From NCBI GenBank assembly GCA_000934665.2, contig KZ538024.1:1-64000 (forward strand): 64,000 bases of DNA, given 5' to 3'. The notes below the pieces were generated by a model. The model was not told the DNA's origin. It searched no databases and saw only the letters and a program-made list of their open reading frames with translations. Shown one piece after another: positions 63,557 through 64,000 of this stretch (positions are counted from its first letter, which is position 1; each line of letters starts with the position of its first letter). The position numbers and the translations under genes were made by a program. The stretch is from Catajapyx aquilonaris (Eukaryota).

Positions 63557-64000
63557 CATTTCATCTGCATTTTCACTTTATTAAAATACCGAAACAGATT
63601 GTACCCAACTCCATCCTCAGAACCAAATTTAATGGTTTTGCTCACAAAAATCAATTGGCATGAAATATGCAGCAGTGTTCTTAGTAAGTGCTCAAATGAA
63701 AGCCAGATCATCTTATTTCAACACCCCCGCAATATTAAATTCCAATGCTGGATATGTGCCTTGCCCTGCCAGTGAGAATTCTATTATAGCTACACAGAAC
63801 TTCCTACTCCGAATACTGGATTCGCGTCCATTTCTTTATTATTATGGTAATGTGCTTAAGTTATGTGGCTAGTGCCATAGGATAATTATTGGAGGATACT
63901 GTTGGAGTAACGGATTTCTTTGAATCAGTTGATATTCTACAACTTAGGCTAACAATTTTTTGTGTAAAACATACCGTTCAACGGAAAACTGAAATGTACC

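Overview
Eukaryotic (animal, most likely arthropod or other invertebrate) genomic DNA; most entries in the ORF track are noise. Three protein-coding signals are supported. (1) The first coding exon of a RYK/Derailed-family Wnt receptor (55982-56096, +): signal peptide, start of a WIF domain and a phase-1 GTAAGT donor. It is preceded by a candidate CCAAT/TATA/Inr promoter near 54.6 kb and about 36 kb with no recognisable coding sequence; the rest of the gene appears to lie beyond the window. (2) A four-exon gene reconstructed by hand (16694-19045, +, about 292 aa, helical, unrecognised), with all splice phases consistent. (3) An uninterrupted 329-aa orphan ORF (638-1627, -). The remainder carries five tRNA-headed SINE copies (four with target-site duplications) that appear to shuffle head, body and tail modules, including V-domain-like copies. 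There are also many non-autonomous DNA transposons (Tc1/mariner-, pogo-, piggyBac- and Harbinger-type), especially dense at 4.6-7.6 kb, plus micro- and minisatellites and poly-G/C tracts. No CRISPR array, rRNA, genuine tRNA gene or autonomous transposase was found, and I cannot support a claim of a wholly new biological system. The best leads are the modular SINEs, a possibly exonised transposon end and the two orphan genes.
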